Source of the DNA: the human T2T-CHM13v2.0 reference genome, Homo sapiens
Reading direction: 5' to 3' (one strand)
NCBI RefSeq assembly: GCF_009914755.1
Contig: NC_060928.1
Length of the DNA: 64,000 bases
Part shown: positions 37,621 to 51,295 of the stretch, piece after piece
How the letters are laid out: every line of letters begins with the position of its first letter
Numbering within the stretch: position 1 is the stretch's first letter
Notes under the pieces: generated by a model
The model's input: only the letters and a program-made list of their open reading frames with translations
Databases searched by the model: none
What the model was told of the DNA's origin: nothing
Program-made: the position numbers and the translations under genes

Positions 37621-38599
37621 CTTGCCCTCCCAGGAGCACGGTTCAAGATTTCTGATCACTGTTGGACACGTCCGAATTCTGGGACTGAAGGACTCCCCCA
37701 TCCAAAAAAAGCAAAACGTCTCAAAGTGAATGAGTTGTCACCTTCCTGTCTCCCCATCCCTGTGAGGGCACACACACACACACACACATCCCCAACCCAC
37801 AGCCATCCTTCCATGCAGGCAGGGCGCCACCAAGCCCACCACCTCCCTGTCCACTTTAGTCCCTAGGCCTCCCTCCCCTCCTGCGCCTGCCGTGCATCCT
37901 CTCCCTTGTATCCTGACCCACCTTGGAACTTCCAGCAAACGCCCTCCAGGGAACCCAGTGCCCTTCTCAACTGGACAGGGAGGTGCCTGACAGGGCCTAA
38001 GCCCTCCTCACCGGTGTCCCCAGTGCCTCGCTGGATGCTAGCAGCCAGATGAGTGAGTGGGAAGAATCCACAGAGCATAGATCTGGGGAGGCAAACCACA
38101 GCCGCTGGCGTATGTTTGGTTTCCTTTTAATCAACTTTTTTCTTTTGGAAGTTTTAGAGAATGTCCATTTTAAGTTTTCTATTTTCTTGCTTGTTTCATC
38201 CCTCATCCCAGTCTTACCCGTCCTGACGTCACCTGTGCGGCCCCACGTACCTGCTCTTGTGTCTTAATTTATAGAAACAGTATGACATTTCACACCTCCA
38301 CTACTTGTCATTTTGAAAGTTATGTTTGAAGTCAATGACATGCTGGCCAATGCAGCAGTGCTCATTTCCTCTTTATGCTCTCTGCACAGCTCAGCACTCA
38401 CATGTGCCACGGTTCCGTTTCTATCACGTGTTTCCCCAAACCTTCGTAGTGTGGAACAGCCGTGGATCTGATGCTCACTCCAAGTCAGGGATGGCTTCTC
38501 TCCAATTCCTGAAATCTGGGTCTCCTCTGGAAGACTCAAAGCCGGGGGCCGGGGTGGTGGACTCTTCTCAAAGCCCATTTGATCTTTTATCCAAAAGCT

Positions 38600-38890
38600 G
38601 ATGCTGGCTGTGCACTCAGGGACCCTTGCTTGGGGCCTGCCTATGTGACCTGGGCCTCCTCACAGCACGGGTTCCCAGGACAAGTGGAGGAGGCCGGAGA
38701 CCGAGGGAGAGAGAAAGAGAGAGAGTGAGAAGAAAGAGAACCCTCTGCTATACTTATTGATTGGAGCAGTCACAGCTCTCATCAAGGTTCAAGGGAAGGG
38801 ACATGGACCCAGCTCTCAGTAGGAAGAATGTGGAAGTCACATTGTCAGACTGAACAATGAGAAATACCGTTGCGGTCATTCATTCAGCCC
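38600..38890 (-). mobile_element. MLT1-type LTR fragment between old L1-like fragments
   Basis: GGGCCTCCTCACAGCA...GCAGTCACA...TTCAAGGGAAGGGACATGGACCC. Confidence 0.55.
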
Positions 38891-40139
38891 AGGTGCCACA
38901 GGGCAGCTTATTCCCCTGGTGGGAGATCTATCTGTAGGCTGCTTCCTATCTGTAGGCTGACTCTCCGCTTTTGCAAATAACATTGGAATGAACAGACCAG
39001 TCCATCTTCCTGTAAGAGCCTGAGTTTTTCTGGGGATGAATGCCCGAGAATGGGAATCCTGGGGCGATGGATCTATACAGACTCACCTTCGTGAAGCACT
39101 TCAGAATCATCCTCCACAAGAGCTGTATCTATTTCTGTTTCCTCACATCTTCGCCAGCACTTGGTCTCATCTGACTTTTATACATGTGACGCTGTGACAG
39201 GTATGAAGGGAAACCTGGCATTTAGGGTGATAGGTCTCTGCTTGCTGAGAGGGTGCAGAGCTGAGCATGTTAGGAAGCTAGAGGGTTGGGTTTATATGAG
39301 ACAGCTGCTGGGAAGGAGGGAAAAATGATGAATTGGGGTCTGGTTATGAAGACCCCTGCATGCCGAGCTGAAGAATACGGTTCGGTTCTTAATTTGCAAA
39401 GCAATGGGGAGCCACTGAAGGTTGTTGAGCTGGGGAGGCAGGGTTAAAGCTGGACCCTAGGAAGAGTCATCTGAACACCACCCATATGCAGGGTGGACAG
39501 GAGATGAGGAGGTGCAAGTGGAGGTTCTCAGCATGGCCCAGGGATGAGCAATAATGCCCCCTGAAGGCAGGGGCAAGCCGAGGCCCATCTCCACTGTCTG
39601 TGGGGCCAGACACAGTGTCGGTGGGTGTGGAGGGAGGGGGCCCCAGGCAACTGTTGGCTGTTGAACCTGGCTGTGTCTTATTTTCTCCCTTTAGCCCCTC
39701 ACGCTCAGGCCTGGGGAGCAGTACAGTCTCGAGACATTCTCGTTGTCTTAGTCTGATCCCCACGTCGCAGCCAGCAGGAAATGTCCTTGCAGCTGTGGAG
39801 ATGTGGATCGGAACTAGGGCACCTCACTCCAGCTCAGCCGCTGGCCCACTAAGGTGTGAGCAAGTCACTGCCCTTGAGGGACCTTGATGTACCCCGCTGT
39901 TGAGGGGAACAGCAGGAACGCCCACCCCTGGGCTGGGATATGGGGAGTGCAGATCACCGCATACACAAGCCTTCCGCATACACTGAAAGACACCAAATGC
40001 TTTGAAAAAGATCAAAATGTTCAAAACCTACTGTGGCTGCCTTCTGGGGGTCTAGCCATTCCTTCCTTGTGAAAGTCTCTCTTTAGAAACTGGAAAGAGA
40101 AGAATTTTCATAAACTACCACGCCCAAAGGCTGGTGGAC

Positions 40140-40478
40140 CAGAGGGGAGAGAGGAGAGGAGTGGGGAGAGGAGAGGAGAGGGGAGAGGAGAGGGAGAAGA
40201 AAGGGGGAGAAGGAAGTGAAAAGAGAGGGAAGGACTGGGCCTGAGGAGGAGGAGATGGGAGGAGGAAGGAAGAGGGGGTGGAAGGGAAGAAGGAGTGGGA
40301 GGAGAAATGGAGGGGGAAGGAGAGAGGAGGAAGAAGAAGGAGAAAAGAGGAGGTAGGAAGAAGGGGAGAATATGGAGGGAGAGAGGGAAGGGAAGGGGAA
40401 GTGTGCAGGAGGGATGGGGAGAAGCGGAGGGGAGGCATGGAGAGGAGGGGAGGGATGGAAGGAGGGGGAGGGGAAAGA
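40140..40478 (+). repeat. GA-rich polypurine low-complexity tract
   Basis: About 340 nt of almost only G and A. Confidence 0.9.
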
Positions 40479-42447
40479 TGTTGACCTCGGCATTCCTGGT
40501 TGCACAGGTCTTGCAGCAATGGGGTTCAGCCCTCTCCCTGCCTGGGCTCACTCATTGTCCCGGGGAGCTGAGGCAGTCATGGGTGCCATTCTCCCAGGGA
40601 AGGCCCACCCGGGATACAGCCTCATGTGCGCGTCCCCCAAGCCTGGCTCCCTGCAGGCTGGAGACTGCCCTGGAGCCTGGAACCGCCGGGGCCAGCTGAG
40701 AAGCCGCCTCCGCCGCTGGAGTCCCTGGGAAGGGTCCCCTCCACCTGCCCACAGCCAGCCTGGGAGGCAGACGCGCCAACGTCTGGCCCCTCAGCAGGGA
40801 CAGCGGCTCCAACAAAGCCACCCCCGGGAGGGGACGCTGTGCCCATGGGGCTGCTCCTCCCCCAACCCCAGGGCCTGGCCCCAGCACCTGCCCTGTGCCA
40901 GGGCCACCGAGCTGGGCTCCCTTGCCCTCCATTCAATGCAGGATTTCCCTCTTAACTTTCTTTCGATTTTGAAAACTTTCAAACATAGGCAACAATGAAA
41001 AGAACTGGGCAGAGAACACCGCCTGCCCCCCTCACCCAGGACCCCATTGTCCCCCGCCCCTCCCCGCTGATTTCATAGTGTGTGGCAGGCCCCAGCACAC
41101 CTGCAGGTAGACTGGCTTTGGAGAACCTCTCTTCTCAGAGCCCATTACAAAGGCAGAAATTTGTGAGTTTGGGTCCCAGCTCTGCCATGGAAGCAGCAGG
41201 AAGACAGCGCTATTCATCGTCCTGAGCACCGCTTCTTCCTGTGGAAATTGACATAATGAGGCCCCGTGGGAGTGGCTGCAGTGGCTGGGGGGAGACAGTG
41301 ACGGTGCACACCCAACTCGGGACCTCTGTCCCCAGGAAACCGCCTGGAGGATGGATGCTCTGGTGATGACTTTCAGAAGTGTGATGCCAAAATCAGGCAC
41401 TGGAGGTAGACTGGCCTTGCACTCAGCCACAGCCCGCTGGACGCCAGCCTCTCCCGGTCTCCATGAAGATACGTGAAGCTGTGGTCACTTTAAGGCTCCG
41501 GGTGTGGGAATATCTGGTTTTAATATCAAGAGCACCTCGAGGTGGGTAGGTTTTGGTTTCCACAATGGAGCACAGATTTGTGCTCTGAGTTCCCCAAATC
41601 ACGGGGGACCTGCAGCCGTCTCAGGCTGCCGGTGACCTTGATTAGAAGTGACTTGGGGCTGGAGGAACAAGTCTGGAACACAGGGCTAGGGCAGCCACGG
41701 TGGAGAGAGCCTTTTCCCAAGGAGCCAGAGGGAAGTTTCTGGAAACCACAGCCGGCCAGCACAGGAACCCCACCCGTCTAGACGCTTGGCCCTGTTGGTC
41801 TTAGAATGGATGCCGTGACCCAACGGGACTTCCTTGCAGCGGGGGAGCACATGCTCATGCTCGGGGTGCTGGGGAAATGTTTGGCCCAGGCATCCCTGGT
41901 TAAGTCTGGAGGAAAATTCCAGGCTTAGCAATCCTTTCCGTAGGAGGGTCTTGGGAGGGCTGCAGGAGGTGGGCAGGGAACAAGCCCCCCACCCAACATC
42001 GGAGGCGGGCAGAAGTCAGAAGCTTCAACAGGTTTGGCAGCCACTTTCCACCTGAGCCTGGCTGTAGACTCCGTGCTGGGCTCCTCGTGGATGCTCAGAA
42101 AACCCCACAAGGACTTGTGGGGCCTGATGATGTCCCCCATTCACCCCCCTCCCCCGCCCCAGCTTATTCCCTGCGCAGGATTTGTAATTTCAAACAATGG
42201 AAACACCCTTCATGTGGATCAGAAGCTGTGACGCACACAGGCGTTCATCGTCACACTGGTGCGTTATGCAGCTGGGAGAAAGAATGGGGTGCACTTGTTA
42301 TGCGGCCACCCCGAGGACCCATTGAGGTAATCAGACAAGTAGAGGACAGGAAGTGAGTAAAGGGTGGGGGGTTAATGTCCATTGGTACCTACGTCAACAT
42401 AAGAACCATGTGTCGACGTATGCATTGACGGTTGATGATGTGTGCCT

Positions 42448-42870
42448 CTATCATGGGTTGAATTGTGTCCTAAAATTCACATGTTGAAGTCCTAACCCCC
42501 AGAACCTCAGAAGGTGACGTTATTTGGAAATAGGGTGGTTGCGGATGTAATTAGTTCAGATGAGGTCATGCTGGAGATGGGTGGGCTCTGATCCAACATG
42601 ACTGGTGTTCTTATAACAAGGGAAAACGTGGACACAGACACGCACCCAGGGAGATGCCGTGGGAAGGTGGAGGCGGAGGTGGGGACAGTGCTGCCACAGC
42701 CAGGGACCCACCAGAGGCTGCAGAAAGGCCTGGGCCTCATCTTTCCCTAGAGCCTCAGAGAGAGCCTGGCTCTGCCCACAGCCTGATGTTGGCTTCCAGA
42801 ACCGTGAGAGAATACAGTCCTGTGGCTCTAAGGCACCCAGCATTCCTTGGCTCCTGCAGCCCCCGGACAA
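42448..42870 (+). mobile_element. MaLR LTR (MLT1B-like)
   Basis: ATGGGTTGAATTGTGTCC...ATGTTGAAGTCCTAACCCCCAG...TATTTGGAAATAGGGT. Confidence 0.85.
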
Positions 42871-43837
42871 GGTTATCTGTGGGCAGGGATGAGAGAACCT
42901 TGCTGGAGCAGAACTGGGTGCTGGAAACAGAGGTGGGACGACCTCTGCCTCTCTGCGCTGTTCAGAACTTCATGGTTTCAGTTTTGTACCAAGTGCAAGT
43001 ATTAATTTTTTAAAATGTCTGCTGCCCTTCTTGAAAAAAAAAATGGAATGGAAACACTGAAAAGTCACCAAAGAGATAACTTAGAGGTGGTCAGGGGTGT
43101 CTGGCCCTTAGTAGAGGCTGACAGAAGCTTGGGGTACGAAGAGGCTGCCCAGCTGTGGAAGGAGAGTAAAGGATGTGGAAGAGGTGTGGGGGTCCTGAAA
43201 GACTGGGAGGGCCCTCCAGGTTCACATGTGCAGGTGTGTGGGGGCGGAGCAGGGCAGCAGTTTCACATGCCATGGACCCACCGATGTGAAAATGAGGGAG
43301 AGTCAGAGCGTAGCCATGGAGGCCCTGGGGTCACCCCCTTACCTACTGGAGGAGGCAGGAAGGGTGGGCTCTGCGCCCAGACCCACCAAGTCTGCTCTGC
43401 CACCCTGAGCCTCCACTTGGCCTCTCCGAGCCTCAATTTCTTCATCTGATAAAGGAATGAACACATACCAACACCAGCAAAAAACACAGTTCATACAGCA
43501 CCTTGACTCGGGCACCCCCCACAGCCCCACAAGCCGAGGTGGGGCACAGGTCGCTGGCGCAGCCCATCTGAACCCAACGTGCGTAAACCTGGCCCATGCC
43601 TCACGGTGCCCAGGCTGCCCCTTTGGGCCCTCAGTGTCTCTGCCTTTACCTCAACCTTCTTTTTCCACAACAAAAATGGCTTTTTATAGTATATAAATAC
43701 ATGCTGAACACAGAGAACTGGACAGATCCTCCACGATGCGGAGATAACAGGCCGTCTGTAAGCGCACCACTCTGAGACTCCCGTCAGCATTCTGGGATGG
43801 TCTCACCTGGCATCTCTTTAGGCAGACAAAGGCCGAA

Positions 43838-44220
43838 ACACACACGCACACCCCACACTCACCGACGCCCACAGACCCATCCCTCCACACCCCCACACAG
43901 TCACATAAACACACACCATCCACACCTGCACCCACACAGCCCCACCCTCACACACACCCACGCCCCCGTCCACACAGAAACACACCCACACACATCCATC
44001 CAGGTCCACACAGGCCCATGCACACAGACACAATCTACAAACCTATTCACACAGACCCACACCCCTGCCTTAACACACACATATGAAAACACGTGCCTGT
44101 CCACACCCACACAACCCCTTATGCACACCTCTCCCCATAAACTCCTCACACAGTCCCCTGTCTACACTGACACACACCCCTGTATACACACCTCACCCTG
44201 TAAACGCCTCACACATCCCC

Positions 44221-44264
<44 letters not shown>

Positions 44265-44270
44265 ACACCC
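43838..44270. repeat. CA-rich low-complexity region ending in a pure (AC)n microsatellite (44223-44258)
   Basis: Visible (AC) run of about 18 units with degenerate flank. Confidence 0.9.
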
Positions 44271-45919
44271 CACGGGTCCGTATAGGTGCCCACACAGCCC
44301 TACCCCCTTGACATGCCCCCACAGCCATACATCCTGCCATGTCACCCAGATGGATACCAGGTCCCGTTCCCGCCCATGGGGTCACAGGCTCTGTGTGGCC
44401 CATCAGGAACCCACCCATTCCCATCCCATCCCCCTCCAAATCCTGCATCGCCAGCTCGATGTCTTTACACATCGCTCTGCCTCTCGATGCTCAGTGAATC
44501 CTGCAGAGACGCAGAGCAACGCAAGCACGTGTGGCTGCAATGTACAAGCAGTAGGGTTTCGGGCTCACCGTTTTCTGTGTGTTCTATCCATGACACACAT
44601 TCTTCTGCCTGTTTCTTTCCCATCCAGTGGGCCCTGAAAACCCCTCTCTGTCTTCTGGTTTAGCCTCCACTCCCTGTTTAGTGGCTGCACTCATTTCCAT
44701 GGTGGTGGTGGTGGGGCGTTTCTGCATCTCCCCATTCACGGGATTCACTCTGTCTCCAGTGCTGGTGACAGCAGATAACCCTGCAGCCGTGTGGGCCTGT
44801 GAAGAAACCTGCCGCTGCCTCCTTAGGTGCTGGTGGGGCTGTTTCTACCAGAGAGATTCCTGGGTGTAGTACTGATGGGCCTAATGGGCTGGGTGTGTGT
44901 AGTCACTGATGTTACTCCAATTTTCCAGATTGCTTTTCCAAAAGACTGACCCCCCTGGGCCTTCCACCAGCGCCATAGAGGACGCCTCTCCCAAATCCTC
45001 TGCCTATAGGTAGCACAGCTCCTTCTTAAGGCTTTGCCAGACTGAGGAGTGTAAGTAGTGGCTACTCTCTGGGGTGTAAATTGGTCTTTACTCAAAGTCA
45101 GGGGACTGGTGAGTTGCAGTGAATATGTCACTGGCACCCACCCTTCTGGAGCCTGGTGTGGGTGGGTGGGTAACTCAGGATGGGAGGGGAGGCCTGCATC
45201 TGCAGCGGGTGCGGCGGGGAGGGCGGGGAGGCGGGGAGGGCAGGGAGGGCGCTGCTGAGAGTCAAACTGGACTCCTCCTCCTGCCCGCCCCCTCCTCCCT
45301 ACCCCCTAGGCTCCTCTAAGCACCACACCATCTGCCGCACCCCCTGCTGGCTGCCGAGATTGTCATCAGACAGAGGACAGAGATGACATCTGTGTGCACC
45401 CCAGCTCAGGGCTCTGCGCACAGTAGGTGCTGGCGTTTGAGTGGGCAGAGGCAGCCGGCCCCCTCTCATGCCAGTGGCCTGTGGAGACCGTTACCTCCTC
45501 ACTGCCAAGAGCTGGTCGTCCCAAACCAGTGAGCTTTTCAGCGGGTCCCACAGTGGGTGAAATGTTTGCCGGCTGGAGGGGTGAACTTAGGTCACATCAT
45601 CGCCCACCCATCTATCATCATCTACAGGAATCTTTGCTCCTCCAGAGCTGCTGGAAGGCAGAGGCTTGGCCTGGGGAAGACTGGAAATGGAATCGTCTTC
45701 ATCCTGTGGCACCCTCCCGCTGAGCCATTTCTCATTACAGGGCCTTGCAGAGCGTATCTGTTCTGGCGTCTGCAGGACAAGTTTGATAACTGAAGTGTGA
45801 GAAGGATTTTGAAGGAGACAAGGCAAGAATGAAACTTTCTCTCCCTGCCCCACTCAAACTCTCTTATGGCTGTGTGTAGGCAGGGTGGAGGAGAAGCACC
45901 CTCCCCACCAACATTCCTG

Positions 45920-46263
45920 ATGGAGGGACCCCCAGACCTCAGGCGGAGAGTGGAGGCCCCTGAGACCTCAGGCAGAGAGTGGAGGCCCCCCAGACCTCAG
46001 GCAGAGAGTGGAGAGGGTCCCTCAGACCTCAGGCAGAGAGTGGAGGCCCCCAGACCTCAGGCAGAGAGTGGAGGCCCCCAGGCCTCAGACAGAGAGTGGA
46101 GGCCCCCAGACCTCAGGCAGAGAGTGGAGGCCCCCAGACCTCAGACAGAGAGTGGAGGTCCGCAGACCTCAGGCGGAGAGTGGAGGCCCCTCAGACCTCA
46201 GGCAGAGAGTGGAGGCCCCTGAGACCTCAGGCAGAGAGTGGAGGCCCCTCAGACCTCAGGCAG
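45920..46263. repeat. VNTR, 28-31-bp unit CAGACCTCAGGCAGAGAGTGGAGGCCCC, about 12 copies
   Basis: Units counted by eye from about 45932 to 46263. Confidence 0.95.
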
Positions 46264-46369
46264 CAAGTCCTGCTGGGTGGCTCTGTAGCCGCAGCCTGGG
46301 CTCCGAGGTTGCTACGACGCTGAGTTTTGTCTGTGAAACACCAAAGACCAATCCACATACACCTGGCCT

Positions 46370-46809
46370 TAGTCCACCTGTACCCGTAGAGTTCCACAAA
46401 CCTGGTGGCATAAAACAACAGAAATGTATTCTCTCCCAGTCTGGCGGCCACAAGTCCAAAGTCAGTAATGCCGGGTTGAAATGAGGAGTCAGCAGGGCTG
46501 CACTCCACGGGAGGCCCTCGGGGGGGGCTCCTTCTTGCCCCTTCCAGCCCCTGGTGGCTCTGGGCGTTCCTTGGCTTGTGGCCACATGGCTCCAAACTGT
46601 TTCTGCCTTCATGCGGCCTTCTCTGTGTGTCTGTGGCCAGGTCTCCCTGCCTCCCACTCATTAAGTATATACATGATTGCATTTAGGGCCTACCTGGATA
46701 CTCCCTGCTCATCTCAAAATCCTTACCTAATCTCATTATCAAACACCCTTTCCTGCAAAAGGCAACATTTACAGGTTCTAGGTTTAGCACCTGATATCTT
46801 CGGGAAATA
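46370..46809 (-). mobile_element. MaLR LTR (MLT1C-like), reverse orientation
   Basis: CCACAAACCTGGTGGCATAAAACAACAGAAATGTATTCTCTCCCAGTCTGG. Confidence 0.8.
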
Positions 46810-47140
46810 GTGCTGAGGTTTGAATGTTTGTGTCCCTCCCAAATTCATGTTGAAACTTAATTCCTAGTGCAAGAATATGACAAGCTAGGGCCTTGGGGAG
46901 GTAAGAAGTGCCCTTATAAAAGGGCTTGAGGGGGCGAGTTCACTTTTTTTTTGTCCTTCTGCCATGTGAGGACGCTGCAAGAAGATGCCATAGTAGAAGC
47001 AAAGAGCAAGTCCTCCTTAGACACCAGATTTGCTGGCACTTTGATCTTGGATTTCCCAGCCTCCAGAACTATGAGGAATACATTTCTGTTCTTTATCAAT
47101 TACCCAGTCTATTTTGCTATACAAGCAAAAAGGGATGACA
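46810..47140 (+). mobile_element. MST/MLT1A-like LTR, apparently nested in the end of the preceding LTR
   Basis: GGTTTGAATGTTTGTGTCCCTCCCAAATTCATGTTGAAACTTAA...CCCAGCCTCCAGAACTATGAGGAATACATTTCTGTT. Confidence 0.8.
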
Positions 47141-49006
47141 GCAGACAGTATTCAGCCCTAAATGCTCATTAGCCTCCGTGCAGTAGCTTGAGCCAGGGCC
47201 CCTCCAAAGTTATGTAGCGTATCAGCTGTTTGCTCCTTTGGCCTCGGTGAGGCTACCCCAGGGACTGCAGAAAGTGCGATTTTGAGCCACAGAACAGAAG
47301 TGTTGACTCGTCTAGGAGTCAGCCTGGAAAACTAGTTCAAAGGGAGGCTCCCAAGCAATGGCCCAGTGTAGAAAACTCCTAACAGGGATCATTTTGCTGC
47401 TGCTCACATACCTGTCCTGACAGGGAACTCACTACTCTGCAAGGTTACTCATTTTTTTTTTTGCTCCTACCACCCCCTTGACTTAAGCCTGTAATGATGT
47501 GCAGAAAGACTGTGCTTCTGAGATGCTGAAAAGGGACCTCAGTAGTGCAGAGGCCAGCTCTTTGAGAACATGTGAGAGCTAGCTGGGTGTAAGGAAGAGG
47601 CAAGTTCCAGGCTAGTGCCCACCCTTCAGGCTGAAACCAGCTGGAACCAGGCTGACCAATTATAAGGACAAGAAGGCGAGTGGGGATCTTCCATGAGAAG
47701 GGCCAGCAGAGAGCCTTGGGAAGAGATGTGTCTAATGGGGTCTCAAGCTGTGCGTTGGGGTCCCTTCCTTTGACAAGACAACCTCCTCCCGCCATCTTCA
47801 GTGCATCAGAGAAGCCAGTGTGGCAGCATGGCTGGGTTTCTCAGAAGCCAACAGGGGTGGGCTCCGGGGATGGGAAGGAGGTGGTCTGAGTCTCCTCTAA
47901 CCCTGAACTTCGGTCTCCCTGCAGGCTGGGGGCCTAGCCCGAGCCCCTGTGGAGGTATCTGGGGTGGGGGATAATCATGTCTCCCACATCTCAACTCCCT
48001 TGGCCCCTTCTCCCTGTGGCCCCTCTTGGTGGTAAGCCCACTTGGGGCTGGCTACAGCCCTCCTTGGGGATAACTGCTCACACTGGCAGGAGGCAGGCAG
48101 GAAGGGGGACCCCTTAGTGGGGGCGACAGCTGGATGGATGACTGGGCTCCCATCAAATCTGACACACTCATCACCCAACTCCACAGAAGACCCAAAGCCT
48201 GTGCTGCCAGAGGGGACAGGGTGGCAGCAGCTCTCTGAATGCCCCAGGCCTGAGAAGGAGTGGGTGAGTGGGCATCTGGCTGCCAGGCCCCAGTCAAGCC
48301 GGGACCCCCTCCCCCCGGTTAGAGGCCTCTAGACAGACACAGCCCCTATGACAAGCCTGGATACCTGTGCCACCTTTAGGGGAATGAGTCTGTTGCACTG
48401 CGGTCTCTGACTGCCCTCAGCTCCACAGGGCCCACGTGAATCCCTGTGCCTATGATTCTTAGCAACCAACGAAGTTCATTTTGTCCCCACCAGTCTATTC
48501 TGAGCACCCCAAAAGGGATCATTTGGATGGGGCTGGGAGGGGCAACCAGCACATGGACATTTGCAAGGTGGGGCCTGGTTCTCAGTCCAGGGTGCCCCCG
48601 GCGGACTCACAGCACCGAGATGAAGATGGGGACAGACACCAGCTTTAAAATAACCTCAAATAAATTTGCCCACAAACAGTGTCCCAATCACCCTACATTA
48701 CATTCTCAGGACCAGGGGAGGACGTGCTAAAACAGCACAACTCCTTGGACCTGAATTGTCCGGGCCAACCGTCTGTCAATGAACCAGATTTTGCTGGAAT
48801 TCTCTCGCTTCTTTAGCACAGTGGAAGTATTCATCTAAGGTTAATTTATTCTGAAGGCTTAAATACGCAAAGTAGAGCCGCGCTGGGATGAACGTCCTGT
48901 CCCAAGGCCGCCACCTCCAGGAAGTTTGTGGAACTGACTTGAAATAACAACACCCTCCTTGGACAGAGATGCGGAAATGCGCATTTTCCCTCTTAAAACT
49001 CCCCTG

Positions 49007-49289
49007 TGCCTGTAATCCCAGCACTTTGGGAGGCCGAGGCGGGTAGATCACGAGGTCAGGAGTTCGAGACCAGCATGATCAACATGGTGAAACCCCATCT
49101 CTACTAAAAATACAAAAATCAGCTGGGCATGGTGGCAGGCGCCTGTAATCCCAGCTACTCAGGAGGCTGAGGCAGGAGAATCACTTGAACGTTGGAGGCA
49201 GAGGGTGCAGTGAGCTGAGATGGTGCCACTGCACTCCAGCTTGGGCGACAGAGCAAGACTCCATCTCAAGAAAACAAAACAAAACAAAA
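49007..49289 (+). mobile_element. Alu (AluS), slightly 5'-truncated
   Basis: TSD AAAACTCCCCTG at 48995-49006 and 49290-49301. Confidence 0.92.
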
Positions 49290-50087
49290 AAAACTCCCCT
49301 GCATCTCCACACCCACACCATTTCTACAATTCACATGGTATCTTAAAGTTTCCAATGTGGTTTTGGGCCTACGAAGGAGAAGAACTGAAGTGAGCTTTAA
49401 AAATGACTCTTCCTTGTTCCTAAAAATGCTAATCGGACCATCTCCAGGGGAATCCTATATGCACAGCCACCCCGCTCCCCGCCACCAAATATGCAACCTA
49501 AATCTGACAGCAATGACCCAGGGCTCCTGGCAGGCCAGACCAGCAGGTGAGGTCAGGGGTGGGGGGCGGGCAATACTGCTGTCTGCAGAGTCCTGTGCTG
49601 TTCACATAGTCCTCCCAGCCAGGAATGTCTCATCCCCACCGGGGCATTGCCTCTTCTGTCCTCATCTCATAGACTACAAATTCAGGCCTGGAGGAATGAA
49701 GTCACCTCATTTATTTGCTTAGTCATTTGTCCGACAACTACTGATGTAATGCAGTCAACAGGCGAGGCCCTGTTCTGGCCCCAAGACAGATCCCAGAAGG
49801 AGCTCAGCCCTGTCCTTGCGCACATGGGAAGCCAGGCCAGGCACTCTTCAGGGTCCAATCACACATGAATGACAGAGGAGTGCAGGGCGCAAGAGCGGGC
49901 TTGGGCCCCAAGTCTCCTTCTGGCTCCTACTTTGTGTTTCTACACAGCAGGGAAGGAGGAGGGTCCCTGACCCCCTTTAGAATCCCTCAAAGATGTTATT
50001 ATTGCCACTTCAGGTCTGTATTCAAGTCCAGCAGCCGCAAAAATTAAGCAGCTGCAAGGCTGCTTGTCCTCTCTGTTGCTTCTTTGC

Positions 50088-50122
50088 CTGCAATTAGTGC
50101 AGAAGGCCAACAGGGGGCAGCA
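50088..50122 (+). promoter_or_regulatory. Candidate CTCF site
   Basis: GGCCAACAGGGGGCAGCA closely matches the CTCF core; CTGCAAT lies upstream at upstream-motif spacing. Confidence 0.5.
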
Positions 50123-51295
50123 TCTAGCCTGGCTGTCTCATGGGGACATCTGAAGTGGAAAATAGCTCACTTCCATTTAATCTTCATCTAAAAACAATAA
50201 GCCGATGTGAAGTTCAGAGAACTAACTTAATTAGGAATCATTTGCGGGGTCTCTGGAGCACCAGTTTCCTGAACTCCACTCTTCCCCACATATGCAAAGA
50301 CAGCATCACTTAATGAAAAGGCAATTGAGGAGGCAAGGACTGGAGGAGGCTCAGAATCAGCAAATGGAGATTCAGGGGTTGCTGAGACTTCAGTCCAACA
50401 GGGTCCATCTACAGGAGGGGGAAACTGGGGTCCATGAAGGGCAGAGGATGATCTCAGTGCCCTCTGAGGGGCAGCCCAGGCAGGGAAGAACCCACTCCCT
50501 GGCCAATACCTGTAGCATTCACATAGATGCTCTGACTGAATACAACTTTAAAGTGTAATTCCAAGATGAGGCTGCAATCGGCCCCCGACGGCAGCATCAC
50601 TTCGGGGGAGCAGGCTCCTCTGGTCCACAGAGGCAGGACTTCCACCAGGAGGGGAGCTTCTTCAGGAGGAGCAGGGAGAGATTTTGCCTGCCTCTTATTC
50701 ATTTAATGCCTGGGGAGGGGCCTCAGCCCTGCCCATCATCACAATTCCAACTCAAGTTCTCCAAAAACAACCCCAGCCTCCTGCCTTTACTGGGAGGCAG
50801 ATGTATGGTTGCTGGGAGATACTGATGCCGTGAGTCTGCCAACAGCTGCCTGCAGCTCCGTCCTGGCTCCACAGGCTGCATGCGGGCCTCAGGCCTTAGT
50901 GCCACCCCCCCACCCCCAGGTTGGTAAATGCCAAGCCAAGCTCCGAGGCCCACTGTCTTTTTGATCCTCAGTTTTCTCATTGGAAAAATACACATAGTCA
51001 CTTTGTAGTGAGGGTGACAGGAACCAAGACGATGACAGAGCCTTTCCCTCCCCTGCAGCAATGGGGCACAGGCCAGTGGTCCCAGACTGTCCGTGCTCCT
51101 CAGGCCCCTCCACCTCCGCACCCCACAGCTCACCCCCAACCCTTGAGGCTGTGCTGCAGCAACATGTTTCCCAGAGAGAGGAGGCCACCCCTTCCCCAGT
51201 ACCAAAGGGAGAAGCCTGGGGCGGCCGGCCCTCCCAATGCAGACAGCGCGCCCAGCCTTGCTGCACCCAGCCCAGGAGGAACTGAATGCCCCAGA

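Noticed and set aside
45920-46263. CRISPR-like periodicity in this array and the one at 60017-60261
   Set aside because: Head-to-tail units with no unique spacers, no cas genes, eukaryotic context.
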